A stretch of DNA of 64,000 bases, from contig CAVQXP010000004.1 in the NCBI GenBank assembly GCA_963717935.1, positions 64,001 to 128,000 of the forward strand, in the 5' to 3' direction. Below, in pieces: positions 39,553 through 51,956 of the stretch. Position numbers and translations under genes: made by a program. The stretch comes from Candidatus Eiseniibacteriota bacterium (GTDB lineage: Bacteria > Eisenbacteria > RBG-16-71-46). The notes below the pieces were generated by a model. It did not search any database, had not been told where the DNA came from, and saw only the letters and a list, made by a program, of their open reading frames with translations. Positions within the stretch are counted from its first letter, which is position 1. Every line of letters begins with the position of its first letter.

Positions 39553-40395
39553 CTAGAAGCCGATCCCCAGGGCCATTCGCACGCCGACGCCGCTCAGGTC
39601 CAGATCGGAGATGCGGACCGGCTTGCCCCCCAGGTCCAGAAGCATCTTCTTGAGGGGGACCTCCGACTGCGGTCGGTCGGGATCGGGCACCAGGACGACG
39701 CCCTCGGTCGCCAGGTTGCGGACCTTCATGCTCCGGTAGACGGCGCCCACCATGACGGAGTAGCGCGCTGCGAAGAACAGGTGCGCTCCCACCTCGGCAT
39801 AGTACCCCGGGCTGTCCCCGCGGGCGACGAGCTCGTTGTTCCCGCCCAGTGAGGCGACATCGAGCGTGTCGCCGCTTCGGATCGGCAGGCCCGCCTCGAC
39901 GGTCAGGAAGCGCGCCCGGGTCGCCGTCAGGCTCATCAGCCCGCCGCCCACGAAGGCGCGGGCCTGGAAGTCGCCCTGGTTGTAGGGTGCGAGGTAGTAC
40001 TGAGCGCCGACGTGGAGCGGCACCGAAAGCACCTCGCCGCTCACGTTGATGGACGTCCCGATGCTCGGCAGGAACTCCCGCTTGGTCAGGACCTTGAGGT
40101 GGCCTACGCCCGCGGCCAGGGCGAAGCTGGGGCGCACGAAATAACGCAGCTCGCCGTCGAACAGCCAGCCCATGCCGAGCTTGTCGATTTGCTCGAAGCC
40201 ACGGGCCCCGAGCGGATACTGGTTGTAGCGCTCGAGCAGGCTGTTCATGCCGCCACCGTCGAGCTGGCTCGGCATGGCCGAGATCACCAGGTTCAAATGG
40301 TGCACCTCAGCCGCCGCCATGGCCTCCGGGGAAAGGCTGAAGGCGCCGAAGGCCACGGCCAGCGCCAGCAGGGCCCCGAGACGAAGACGAGTCAA
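39553..40395 (-). CDS. outer-membrane beta-barrel protein (OmpW/OmpA-like); start approximate
   Basis: Signal peptide after a TTG with GGAGG RBS, alternating beta strands and C-terminal IGF. Confidence 0.6.
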   Translation of the reverse strand: MTRLRLGALLALAVAFGAFSLSPEAMAAAEVHHLNLVISAMPSQLDGGGMNSLLERYNQYPLGARGFEQIDKLGMGWLFDGELRYFVRPSFALAAGVGHLKVLTKREFLPSIGTSINVSGEVLSVPLHVGAQYYLAPYNQGDFQARAFVGGGLMSLTATRARFLTVEAGLPIRSGDTLDVASLGGNNELVARGDSPGYYAEVGAHLFFAARYSVMVGAVYRSMKVRNLATEGVVLVPDPDRPQSEVPLKKMLLDLGGKPVRISDLDLSGVGVRMALGIGF

Positions 40396-40530
40396 CGCGA
40401 ACCTCCCCACATAAAGAGCCAATCCCGATGCGTGAGCCCCAGAATCCCGGTCAGAGTGCCGCATACTATCCGGCCGGCGGCCCCAGATGCAAGGCGCAGA
40501 AGGGCCTTCCGGGGCGCCCCGGGGCGCCAC

Positions 40531-40560
40531 TTGACAGCCCGCGGGCCGGGAGCATAACGT
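40531..40560 (+). promoter_or_regulatory. sigma-70 promoter of the tRNA
   Basis: TTGACA-N18-TAACGT, 12 nt before the tRNA. Confidence 0.6.
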
Positions 40561-40572
40561 TTGTGCCGTTGA

Positions 40573-40649
<77 letters not shown>

Positions 40650-40654
40650 AATGG

Positions 40655-40680
40655 GCCCCGGAGCCGGTCGGCTCCGGGGC
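40655..40680 (+). terminator. terminator-like hairpin after the tRNA
   Basis: gccccggagcc-ggtc-ggctccggggc followed by a nearby T-run. Confidence 0.6.
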
Positions 40681-40925
40681 TCGCCCTTTTCAGCAGATGC
40701 TGCGCGGGTCGCCCGGCGCGGCGGGCGCGTTGGCACACGGGCGCCCGGTAGGATCCAGTCCTCGAGGTCGGGCGGGCGCATCAGCGGATGGCGGAGCAGA
40801 CCCGGCGCTCTCACCGAACTTGCCCCGCGAGCGTGCTGCAGGTCACAATCGTCGGCAGCATGGAACCTGGCGCCGCCCCACCCGCCAACGAAGTTCATCC
40901 CGCGGAAGTGCAGCGCGGGCGCCCC

Positions 40926-41942
40926 ATGCGAACTCGCAAGGGCGCTTGGGCCGCGCTCGCACTCGTGTGCCTGTGGGTTTCGGCCGCCCTCGTCTACCCG
41001 CCCATCACGAAGTACCAGCTCTACGATCCCGGGCTGGGCGGCCGGGGCGGAGACGTCGGGCAGTACGTCCGGATCTACCGGGGCGTCCCGCTGCAGGAAA
41101 TCGCGCGGCCCTGGCGTTACCGGGTGCTCACGCCGCTGATGGCCCGGCTCGTGCCCACCCCACCGCAGCCCCTGCTGCGCTACTTCGACGTGAACGCGGA
41201 CAAGCTCGTGATGTACCACTTCGGGATGGTGAACCTCCTGGGGCTCGCCCTGGCCGGCCTGCTCATGGTGGGGTTCTGCGAGGCGCTGGGGTTCACGACC
41301 CTGGAGGGGGTGCTGGGGGCGCTCCTGTTCTACACCTCGTTCCCCGTCGTCAACTTCGCGGGGACGCCCATGGTGGATGCCTGGGCCTACGCGTTTCTCC
41401 TGCTCGGGCTCCTCGCAGCACTGCGCGGCTCCCTGGCATGGCTGCTCGTCGCGTCCCTCGTCGGGATGCTGGCCAAGGAGACCACCCTGCTGCTCGTGCC
41501 GGCCGTGCTCCTGCTGGGCGGCCCACCACGCACGGTGGCCCGGAAGCTCTTCGCGCTGCTCCCGGGCGTGGTCATCTACGCGGTGTTCCGGTTCGTGCTC
41601 TTCCCCGGGGGCTACGGCCACCCCAGCGATTCGGGCACGGCCTGGTCGACACTCGTCTCGCGCATGCAGGAGGGCCCCTACTGGGCGTGGCTCCTGTTCG
41701 ACGGTGGCATGGCCTTCGGGTTGCTCTGGCTGCTGGCTGGGGTCGGCGCGTGGAGCCTGCGCGGCTCCCGCCACCATCCCCTGCTCCGGTTGGCCTGGCT
41801 CGTGCCGGGGATCCTGCTGGTGCCGTTCCTGATCGGCACCAACATCGGCCGGGTCTGGTTCTACGCGTTCCCGGCCTTGATTCCACTTGTCATCACCGGG
41901 ATCCGGCGACTGATGAACGGCCCCCGCGTTCCCGCTGTCTGA
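40926..41942 (+). CDS. polytopic membrane protein, GT-C/ArnT-like glycosyltransferase candidate
   Basis: About 9-10 TM segments, DVGQY..PWRYRVLTP loop and GMLAKE motif; start uncertain. Confidence 0.5.
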   Translation: MRTRKGAWAALALVCLWVSAALVYPPITKYQLYDPGLGGRGGDVGQYVRIYRGVPLQEIARPWRYRVLTPLMARLVPTPPQPLLRYFDVNADKLVMYHFGMVNLLGLALAGLLMVGFCEALGFTTLEGVLGALLFYTSFPVVNFAGTPMVDAWAYAFLLLGLLAALRGSLAWLLVASLVGMLAKETTLLLVPAVLLLGGPPRTVARKLFALLPGVVIYAVFRFVLFPGGYGHPSDSGTAWSTLVSRMQEGPYWAWLLFDGGMAFGLLWLLAGVGAWSLRGSRHHPLLRLAWLVPGILLVPFLIGTNIGRVWFYAFPALIPLVITGIRRLMNGPRVPAV

Positions 41943-42042
41943 GCCGCGGGCAGGGCCGCCGCGGGGAACGGGGACCCAGAGCCTGCGACCGGGAGGGCGG
42001 GATGGAGCCCCGCGCGCAGAGGGTGCTACGCTGCGAACCCTC

Positions 42043-43071
42043 ATGAGCCCGCCGCCCTCATCCGAAGACCGCGCCTGGTGCGACGCCGAGCTGCCGCGCG
42101 TCTCGCGCACCTTCGCGCTCAACATCCGCCTCCTCGCGGGCACGTTCCACGAGGCGGTGAACATCGGCTACCTGCTCTGCCGGGCCGCCGACACCATCGA
42201 GGACTCGTGGCCCGGAAGTGCGGACGAGATCCGCGCCCGCTTCCGGCTCCTGCTCGACTCGTTCGGAGAGGACGACGCCCCCGCCGAATCACTCGCCGCC
42301 CGGGCGCGCGCAGCCGCCGGCGGGGAGAACGACCTCGAGCTGGTGGCTGAGCTGCCCCGGGTGCGGCGCGTCTGGCGGGCCCTGCCCACCGGCGACCGCG
42401 AGGTCCTGGCCGAGTGCGTGCGCACCATGGCCACGGGCATGTGCCGCTACGCTTCGCGCGCCGCGGAACGCCCGCCCGGGGCCCCCTACCTCGACACCGA
42501 GGCCGAGCTGCACGACTACTGCTGGGTGGTGGCGGGCTGCGTGGGCGTGATGCTCACCCGGCTGTTCGAAGCGCGCCAGCCCGCCGGCGATCCCGCGCTG
42601 GAGCGACGGCGGCTCGAACTCGCCCCGTCCGTCGGCGAAGCGCTGCAGCTCACCAACATCCTGCTCGACTGGTCGGCTGACGCCAGGCGCGGCCGCTGCT
42701 ACCTGCCTGCCGCGTGGCTGGCCGAGCACGGCCTTGCGCCGCGCGACCTGGTGGGGAGCGCGCGACCCGGCGTGGCGGCGCTCGAGCGGCGGCTCGAGGC
42801 GCAGGCGCGCGCCGCCCTCGCCCGCGTGCCCGACTACCTCGATGCCCTCCCGCCACGGGCCCTGCGCTATCGCCTGTTCGCCCTGCTGCCCGCGCTCTGG
42901 GGACTCGCCTCGCTCGAGCACGCGCGCACCGATCCCGAGTTCCCGTGGGGCGCGCGGCGCCCGCGCCTGCCACGCGCGCGGCTCTGGGGCGAGGCGCTGA
43001 GCGGGCTCCTCGGGCACCACGGCGCTGCGCTGCGGCGACTGCGCGCGGCGAACGGCCCCGCCGGCGCGTGA
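42043..43071 (+). CDS. squalene/phytoene synthase family protein
   Basis: VSRTFA, YLLCRAADTIED, YCWVVAGCVG, LQLTNIL.D and GRCYLP. Confidence 0.9.
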   Translation: MSPPPSSEDRAWCDAELPRVSRTFALNIRLLAGTFHEAVNIGYLLCRAADTIEDSWPGSADEIRARFRLLLDSFGEDDAPAESLAARARAAAGGENDLELVAELPRVRRVWRALPTGDREVLAECVRTMATGMCRYASRAAERPPGAPYLDTEAELHDYCWVVAGCVGVMLTRLFEARQPAGDPALERRRLELAPSVGEALQLTNILLDWSADARRGRCYLPAAWLAEHGLAPRDLVGSARPGVAALERRLEAQARAALARVPDYLDALPPRALRYRLFALLPALWGLASLEHARTDPEFPWGARRPRLPRARLWGEALSGLLGHHGAALRRLRAANGPAGA

Positions 43072-43096
43072 CCCGTGGCCGCGGCGGGCGGCGCGG

Positions 43097-44374
43097 CTAC
43101 TCCAGCCGCTCGGTGGGCGCCGGCTGCGCGGCGCGGTCGCTCTGCAGCCGCGCCAGCAGGGCGAAGCGCCGGGCCGCCAGCACGAACCCGATCAGCATGA
43201 CCCCGGCGCTGACCGTCGTCGAGACCGGCGCCCCCCAGCGCTGGGCGATCGCCCCCGAGCCGAGTGCGCCGATCGGGACCGTGCCCGCGAACATGAGCGT
43301 GTAGAGACTCATCACGCGCCCGCGGAAGCGGTCCTCGGTCGTGAGCTGGAGCAACGTGTTCGTGCTCGCCACGTAGACGATGAGACCGAAACCGGCGAGC
43401 GCCCCCGCGCAGAGCGAGAGCGGGATCGAGCGCGACCAGGCGAAGAGCGCCAGGCCCGCGCCGCAGGCCGCCAGGCCCAGCAGCAGGTTGCGGCGCAGGC
43501 CCGAGCGAGCGGACCTCCCGGTGAGGCGCACCGCCCCGAACAGCGCGCCGGCGCCGAAGGCCGTCACCAGCAGGCCGTAGGCCTTCGGGCCCGCGTGCAG
43601 GATGTCGCGCGCGTAGACCGGCAGCAGCAGCAGGTACTGGAAACCGAGGCCGGCGGTCACGCCGAGCAGCAGGAGCAGGTTGCGGATCGGCCGCACGGCC
43701 CAGGCGTAGCGCACCCCTTCCCTCAGACTCGAGCCCAGCGCGCGGCCACGGTGGAAGAACTCGCGCTTCGGCAGGTCCAGGCGCGCGAGGCTCGCCAGCA
43801 CGGCCACGTAGGAGAGCGCGTTGAGCCAGAAGCAGCCGCCCTCGCCGACGGTAGCCAGGAGCACGCCCGCCACCGCCGGCCCCACCATGCGCGCGGTGTT
43901 GAACGCCGCCGAGTTGAGCGCGATGGCGTTGCCGAGATCCTCCTTGCCCACCAGCTCGACCACGAAGGACTGCCGCGCCGGCATGTCGAAGGCGTTGATG
44001 ATGCCGAACGCGCCAGCCAGGGCGAGCACCATCCACGGGCGCGTCACGCCCGCGGTCACGACCGCAGCCAGGATGGCCGCCTGCACGAGCGCGGCGCCCT
44101 GGGTGAGGCAGAGCAGGCGGCGGCGGTCCATGCGGTCGATCATCGCGCCGGCCCAGAGCGAGAGCAGCATCACCGGCAGGAACTGGGTGAAGCCGAGCAG
44201 GCCGAGCCAGAAGGCCGAGTGCGTGAGCCGGTGCATGAGCCAGCCCTGCGCCACGCTCTGCATCCAGGTGCCGACGAGCGAGACGAGTTGCCCGCTCCAG
44301 TAGAGCCGGAAGTTGCGGTGGCGAAGCGAGCTGAAACGCGCGACAAGGACCTCGCGGAAGGACGATCCACTCAT
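43097..44374 (-). CDS. MFS transporter (MFS_3 type)
   Basis: NFRLYWSGQLVSLVGTWMQ, 12 TM segments and RGRVMSLY. Confidence 0.92.
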   Translation of the reverse strand: MSGSSFREVLVARFSSLRHRNFRLYWSGQLVSLVGTWMQSVAQGWLMHRLTHSAFWLGLLGFTQFLPVMLLSLWAGAMIDRMDRRRLLCLTQGAALVQAAILAAVVTAGVTRPWMVLALAGAFGIINAFDMPARQSFVVELVGKEDLGNAIALNSAAFNTARMVGPAVAGVLLATVGEGGCFWLNALSYVAVLASLARLDLPKREFFHRGRALGSSLREGVRYAWAVRPIRNLLLLLGVTAGLGFQYLLLLPVYARDILHAGPKAYGLLVTAFGAGALFGAVRLTGRSARSGLRRNLLLGLAACGAGLALFAWSRSIPLSLCAGALAGFGLIVYVASTNTLLQLTTEDRFRGRVMSLYTLMFAGTVPIGALGSGAIAQRWGAPVSTTVSAGVMLIGFVLAARRFALLARLQSDRAAQPAPTERLE

Positions 44375-44517
44375 GAGTCCCGGACGCTACTACGGCCCCC
44401 GCCATCGTGCCAGCCGGAGCCCACCGGCCGCGGCCTTTCCATTACGCGCTCCGTGGGCGAGACTGGGCGGACCGTCGCGCCCCGGACGCGCGGCAGGTTC
44501 TCACGCGAGCGAGGGAC

Positions 44518-45852
44518 ATGGACCGCATCCTCACCCGATTCCCGCAGGGGTTCCACTGGGGGGCCGCCACCTCGGCGCACCAGGTCGAGGGCGGTAACCG
44601 AGGGAACGACTGGTGGCGTTTCGAGCAGCGGCCCGGCGCGATCCGCGGCGGCGCGAGGAGCGGCGACGCCTGCCGCCACTGGGAGCGCTTCGACGAGGAT
44701 TTCGCGCGCGCGCGCGGCTACGGTCACACGCTGCACCGGCTCTCGCTCGAGTGGAGCCGCATCGAGCCCGAGCACGGCCGCCACGACGCGGCGGCGATCG
44801 CGCACTACCACGAGGTCTTCGCCTCGCTCGGGCGCCACGGTCTCACGCCGCTCGTGACGCTCCACCACTTCACCAATCCACTGTGGATCGCCGACGCCGG
44901 CGGCTGGGAGGCACGCTCGACACTCGACCGCTTCGACGAGTTCACGCGCTTCTGCGCGCGCGAGTTCGGCGGCGAGGTGGACTGGTGGTGCACGGTGAAC
45001 GAGCCCGAGGTCGGCGCCTTCCGCTCGTACAGCGAGGGCGTCTGGCCCCCGGGCCATCGCGACGACGGCCGGGCGCTCCGCGTGATGGCGAACCTGCTCG
45101 AGGCACACGGGCGCGCCTACCGCATCCTGCACGACGAGGACCGCGCCGACGCCGACGGCGACGGCCGCGCGGCGGTCGTGGGCTTCGCCAAGCACCTGCC
45201 CCAGTTCGTGCCCGACCGGCCCTGGTTCATCCCCGACCTGGTGCGAGCGAGCGTCGAGGACCGCGTGTTCAACACCGCCGTGCTGCACGCGGCCGTCACC
45301 GGGGACATCGCGCTCTCGATCCCCGGCGTGGCGGCAGTGAGCCGGCACGTGCCCGAGCTGGACAGGAGCCTCGACTACCTCGGGCTCAACTACTACACGC
45401 GCTGGCGCGTGCGCACGTTCGCGCGCGTCCCGCACGTCGCGCGCCGTGGCGCGCCGCTGAACGACCTCGGCTGGGAGGTCTGGCCCGCGGGGCTCGTCGA
45501 GGCCGCCCGCCGCGCAGCCGGGGCCGGCGTGCCCGTGATCGTCACCGAGCACGGGCTCGCCGACGGCGCCGATGCGCTGCGCCCGCGCGCGCTGGTGGAG
45601 TCGCTGCTCGGGCTCGGCCGCGCGATCGGGGCCGGCACACCCGTGATCGGTTACCTGCACTGGTCCCTGATGGACAACTTCGAGTGGTCCGAGGGCTTCG
45701 CGGGCCGCTTCGGCCTCGAGCACGTGGACTTCGACGACCCGGCGCGCGCGCGCACCCCGCGGCGCAGCGCCGGGATCCTCGCGCGCATCGCGAAGGCCAA
45801 CGCCATCGACGAGGACCTGGCGCGCGAGGTGGGCGCGGACACCGGCGACTGA
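44518..45852 (+). CDS. glycoside hydrolase family 1 (beta-glucosidase)
   Basis: FPQGFHWGAATSAHQVEG, RLSLEWSRIEP, TVNEP, VTEHG and WSLMDNFEW. Confidence 0.93.
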   Translation: MDRILTRFPQGFHWGAATSAHQVEGGNRGNDWWRFEQRPGAIRGGARSGDACRHWERFDEDFARARGYGHTLHRLSLEWSRIEPEHGRHDAAAIAHYHEVFASLGRHGLTPLVTLHHFTNPLWIADAGGWEARSTLDRFDEFTRFCAREFGGEVDWWCTVNEPEVGAFRSYSEGVWPPGHRDDGRALRVMANLLEAHGRAYRILHDEDRADADGDGRAAVVGFAKHLPQFVPDRPWFIPDLVRASVEDRVFNTAVLHAAVTGDIALSIPGVAAVSRHVPELDRSLDYLGLNYYTRWRVRTFARVPHVARRGAPLNDLGWEVWPAGLVEAARRAAGAGVPVIVTEHGLADGADALRPRALVESLLGLGRAIGAGTPVIGYLHWSLMDNFEWSEGFAGRFGLEHVDFDDPARARTPRRSAGILARIAKANAIDEDLAREVGADTGD

Positions 45853-45991
45853 GCGCGGGGCGGGCCGGAATCGTGCGCAGCCGGTCGAATGGGCTCGGGG
45901 TGGGCGGTGGAAGGCCGGAGGGCGGCGCCCGCGTTGAGCGCCTCCTCTGCCTGCGCTAGACTCCGGCCTCCGCCAGCGAAAGGACCTTCGG

Positions 45992-46174
45992 ATGTGCCCC
46001 TTCTGCAAGGAACACGACGGCAAGCCCTGTAAGGTCACCGAGAGACCGAACGGCCGCCTGGCCTGTGAGTGCGGCAGGCACTCCTGGCCGAACTCGGGCG
46101 TCCTCCTCGAGACCTGCCGGCGCCAGAGCCTGACGATCACCGGCTTCCCGCAGATCTGGACGCAGAGCTACTGA
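45992..46174 (+). CDS. small Cys-rich (putative zinc-binding) protein
   Basis: RBS AAAGGA; CPFC..C..CECG.H..C in 60 aa; first gene before hsp20-lon. Confidence 0.6.
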   Translation: MCPFCKEHDGKPCKVTERPNGRLACECGRHSWPNSGVLLETCRRQSLTITGFPQIWTQSY

Positions 46175-46188
46175 GCGCGGAGCCGACC

Positions 46189-46635
46189 GTGACGCACGAG
46201 CCTCCGAATCCGCTCGAGAGCCTGCAGCGCGAGGTGGAGCGCCTGTTCCACGACCTCGTCTACCGGCGGCATCCGGCCTCGCACTTCGCCGAGCCGCGCT
46301 GGTCGCCGGCCGCCGACCTGGTCGTGGGCAAGAAGTCGGCGCGCGTCATCTTCGAGCTGGCGGGGGTGCCGCGCGAGAGCGTGAAGGTCCTGCTGCGCGG
46401 CAACGTGCTCGAGGTGAGTGGCCGGCGCAGCCCGCCGCAGGAGCCGGCCGGCACCCACTACCACCGCGCGGAGATCTACTTCGGCGACTTCCGCCGCCTG
46501 GTCGAGCTGCCCTGGGAGGCCGACGAGACCAGGGTCGAGGCCGTCTACCGCGAGGGCATGCTCGAAGTGCGGCTCAAGCGCGCACCCGGGACCGAACGCA
46601 AGGAGATCGAGATCGAGGAGCCGGAAGCCCGCTGA
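46189..46635 (+). CDS. Hsp20/alpha-crystallin small heat-shock protein
   Basis: ELAGV..LEVSGRR, EIYFGDFRRLVELP and AVYREGMLEV.LKR. Confidence 0.9.
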   Translation: MTHEPPNPLESLQREVERLFHDLVYRRHPASHFAEPRWSPAADLVVGKKSARVIFELAGVPRESVKVLLRGNVLEVSGRRSPPQEPAGTHYHRAEIYFGDFRRLVELPWEADETRVEAVYREGMLEVRLKRAPGTERKEIEIEEPEAR

Positions 46636-46663
46636 GGGCGGCCGGCCGCTCGAGAGGACGCCC

Positions 46664-49097
<2,434 letters not shown>

Positions 49098-49207
49098 CGG
49101 GGCCCGTCATCCTTCCCGGCCTCGTGCGCCAGCCACGGGGGCGGGACGGAGTCCGTCAAGGCCGCGCCCGGCGCCCACCTGGACCGTCCCGGGCCCGGAA
49201 GCTGCCC

Positions 49208-49660
49208 TCACCCCCGCGGGCGCCGCAGCGCGTGGACCGCCCGGTCCAGCGCCTGCAGGAAGCGCGAGCGATCCCGCGGGTCGAAGGGTGGCGGACCGCC
49301 CGCCTCCAGGCCGGCGCCCCGCATCTCGGAGAGCAGGTTCCGCGTCGCCAGGGCCTCTCCGATGTTCGACTCGGTGAACGGCCGGCCGGTCGGGCCCAGC
49401 ACGTACGCGCCGCCTGCGAGGCACCGGGAGGCGAGCGGGATGTCCGCCGTGATCACGATGTCGTCCGGCGCGACGTGCGCGACGATCCAGTCGTCCGCGG
49501 CGTCGAAGCCCTGGTCCACGACCTCGAGGGCGATGCCCGGGCCGCTCGGGACGCGCATCCAGGAAGCCGCCACGAGCGTCACGCCGAGCCCGTAGCGTTG
49601 GGCGACCCGATGGACCTCCTGTTTCACGGGACAGGCGTCGGCGTCAACGTAGATGCGCAG
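49208..49660 (-). CDS. YaiI/YqxD (DUF188) family protein; start approximate
   Basis: IYVDADACPVK, DAADDWI and DIVITADIPLA. Confidence 0.9.
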   Translation of the reverse strand: MRIYVDADACPVKQEVHRVAQRYGLGVTLVAASWMRVPSGPGIALEVVDQGFDAADDWIVAHVAPDDIVITADIPLASRCLAGGAYVLGPTGRPFTESNIGEALATRNLLSEMRGAGLEAGGPPPFDPRDRSRFLQALDRAVHALRRPRG

Positions 49661-49671
49661 GGATGGATCCC

Positions 49672-50580
49672 CTATCCGGTCGGAGCGGGCGCGGGGCGCG
49701 GGGCCGGGCCGCATTGCGCCGCTGCCCTCCGCAACTCCACCGTCACCTCGTCCATCTCCGCCAGGTCGGGCGCCACACCGTGCGCGCCGTGCTCCAGCGC
49801 GTAGCGCACACCTTCCTCGAGGCTGCACAGCCCACCCGCCCGCAACTCGGTGGCGATGAACGGCACGCCGCCACGCGCGAGCTCCGCCAGCGTCTCCACG
49901 GGGCGCGGCTTCATCCCCAGGCCCCTCGGGTTCACCGGGCCCACGATGAAGTCGGGACCCACGCCCCATTCGCGCAGGCGCTGCAGCAGCAGGCCGGGAT
50001 TGCGGGTCTCGAAGCCCGCGGCGGCGTGGAAACGCGCGCGCACGAAACGCGGCAGCGACTCGAAGAAGACGCGATGGCCCCCGGCAAGCGCCGCGTCCGT
50101 GAGCGGCGCGGCGATGACGATGCCCGTCACACCCCGGCGCGGCAGCAGGCGGGCCCCGGCCTCGAGCAGCACGGGCACGCGCGCGGTGAAGTCGCCGCGG
50201 CGGAAAGCCGAGAACCGCAGGGCTCCGGTCACGCTCATGCGCAGGCGGCACGCGAGGCCCGCATCGCGCCGCGCGCGCGTGATCAGCGGCTCCACGCCGG
50301 GCTCGAGCATGCGGTAATCCTGCGCGCTGAGCGCGGGCAGGACGGCGTAGATGGGCACGACTCGCTCCAGTTCGGCGAGCGCGGTGCGCAGCGCCGGCGA
50401 GGGCGAGCCGAGCACGCCGGCGGCCCCCACGTCCACCGCCTTCACCAGCGTGACGGCCAGGGACTCGGGCTCGCGGAAGCGATTCTGGATCTCGAGCAGG
50501 CGCTCGCGCGTGGCACGCGTCACGCCGTCGAGCGAGCGGACCGAGAGCAGCAGGCGCGGCGCGGCGTAGATGCGCTTCAT
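49672..50580 (-). CDS. hypothetical protein (possible TIM-barrel)
   Basis: Start MKRIYAAPRLLLS is coupled (ATGA) to the oxidoreductase stop; GPVNPRGLGMKP motif. Confidence 0.6.
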   Translation of the reverse strand: MKRIYAAPRLLLSVRSLDGVTRATRERLLEIQNRFREPESLAVTLVKAVDVGAAGVLGSPSPALRTALAELERVVPIYAVLPALSAQDYRMLEPGVEPLITRARRDAGLACRLRMSVTGALRFSAFRRGDFTARVPVLLEAGARLLPRRGVTGIVIAAPLTDAALAGGHRVFFESLPRFVRARFHAAAGFETRNPGLLLQRLREWGVGPDFIVGPVNPRGLGMKPRPVETLAELARGGVPFIATELRAGGLCSLEEGVRYALEHGAHGVAPDLAEMDEVTVELRRAAAQCGPAPRPAPAPTG

Positions 50581-51665
50581 GAGGCCACCTTCACGGTGAT
50601 GCCGCCGGCCGCGGCCGAGCGGTAGAGCGCATCCATCACGCGGTGCGTGTCGAGCGCGGCGAGAGCCTCGTTGGGCGGCACCGGGCCACCGGCCACCCAG
50701 TCGAGGAACGCGGCATCGTGCGACCAGAGCGTCTCGCCCCCGAAGTCGAACCGCGCGGGCGCGTCGAAGTCGGCATCGCGCACCCGGGTGTAGCCCGCCG
50801 GGAAGCCGGCCCCCGCGCGCGTGAGATCCACCTCCAGAGCCTCGTCGGAGGCGAGCAGCTTGCCGTCGGGACCGGCCAACTCGATGACGGTGGAGGCACG
50901 CGAGTAGCCGGGCACGCTCCAGGAACAGTCGAAGCCCACCTCGGCGCCGTCGGGCAGGGTCATCATGCCGTGCAGCTCGTCCTCGACCATGCCGTAGAGC
51001 AGGTTCCACTCGGCGCGGACTTCGACCGGCACACCCAGCATCCGCACCAGCACGAACAACAGGTCCGAGGCCAGGTGCGCGACCACGCCGCCGGCCACCC
51101 GCTCCGGGTCGAGCCGGCCGGGACCCCGGCGCGGACGCGGCGCGAAGACGCGCGAGACGAACATGGCGGAGCGGGCGTGCCGTACGGAGCCGAGCGCACC
51201 CGAGCGCACGACCTCCTGGACCCGCGCAAAGACGGGCTCGAAGGCGAGCGGGTGCCCCACGGCGAGCGGAACGCGGCGCTCCGACGCCAGCCGGACGAGC
51301 GTTTCGGCCTCCTCGAGCGTGCGCGCCATGGGGCGCTCGAGCAACACGGGGATGCCCGCCCCGAGCACGATCTGCGCCACGCGGGCGCGCTCGTACTGCG
51401 CGGCGCACACCACCACGGCGTCGGGGCGAACCTTCTCGAGCAGGCGCTCGACGCGGGCGAAGGCGGGCACCGTGAAGCCCATGCCGCGCAGCGCGGCGCG
51501 GGCGCTGGCGCGCGGGTCGGCCACGGCGACCAGCTCGCAGCCGGGGATGTGGGTGAGCATGAGCGCATGCGCGACGCCGGCGCGGCCGAGGCCGACCACG
51601 GCCAGGCGCTGACTGGCGAGCGGAAGCACGGCAGAGCCGTCGGGTGGGCCAGCCATGGCACTCAT
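50577..51665 (-). CDS. Gfo/Idh/MocA family oxidoreductase
   Basis: VVGLGRAG Rossmann fold, VLLERPMA (EKP variant) and AGGVV.HL.SD. Confidence 0.85.
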   Translation of the reverse strand: MSAMAGPPDGSAVLPLASQRLAVVGLGRAGVAHALMLTHIPGCELVAVADPRASARAALRGMGFTVPAFARVERLLEKVRPDAVVVCAAQYERARVAQIVLGAGIPVLLERPMARTLEEAETLVRLASERRVPLAVGHPLAFEPVFARVQEVVRSGALGSVRHARSAMFVSRVFAPRPRRGPGRLDPERVAGGVVAHLASDLLFVLVRMLGVPVEVRAEWNLLYGMVEDELHGMMTLPDGAEVGFDCSWSVPGYSRASTVIELAGPDGKLLASDEALEVDLTRAGAGFPAGYTRVRDADFDAPARFDFGGETLWSHDAAFLDWVAGGPVPPNEALAALDTHRVMDALYRSAAAGGITVKVAS

Positions 51666-51956
51666 GCTCCTCCTGTGCTTCGCGCCGGGTGGCGCGACGG
51701 TGACCGGACGCATGGGCGCCGGCCTGCGGAATCCATTCCCGGATGGCGACCCCCACAGGCTACACGCGTGCCGCCGCCGCGGCAATGCAGCACCGGAGGC
51801 GGCACCACCGGAGGCACGCGGGGCGGGCGGCGATGTCCCGGCGCGATCGCCGGGCGCTGGCGGACGCGAGCCACGGCGATACCACGTGGGAACGTCGCGG
51901 CCCCCGGCGAGGACCCGCCGGGGGCCGCGCTGCGCCGCGCTCGAGCGGGCTCCGAC

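Noticed and set aside
40731..40745. TGGCACACGGGCGC as a sigma-54 promoter
   Set aside because: GG-to-GC spacing is 9 rather than the required 10 nt.
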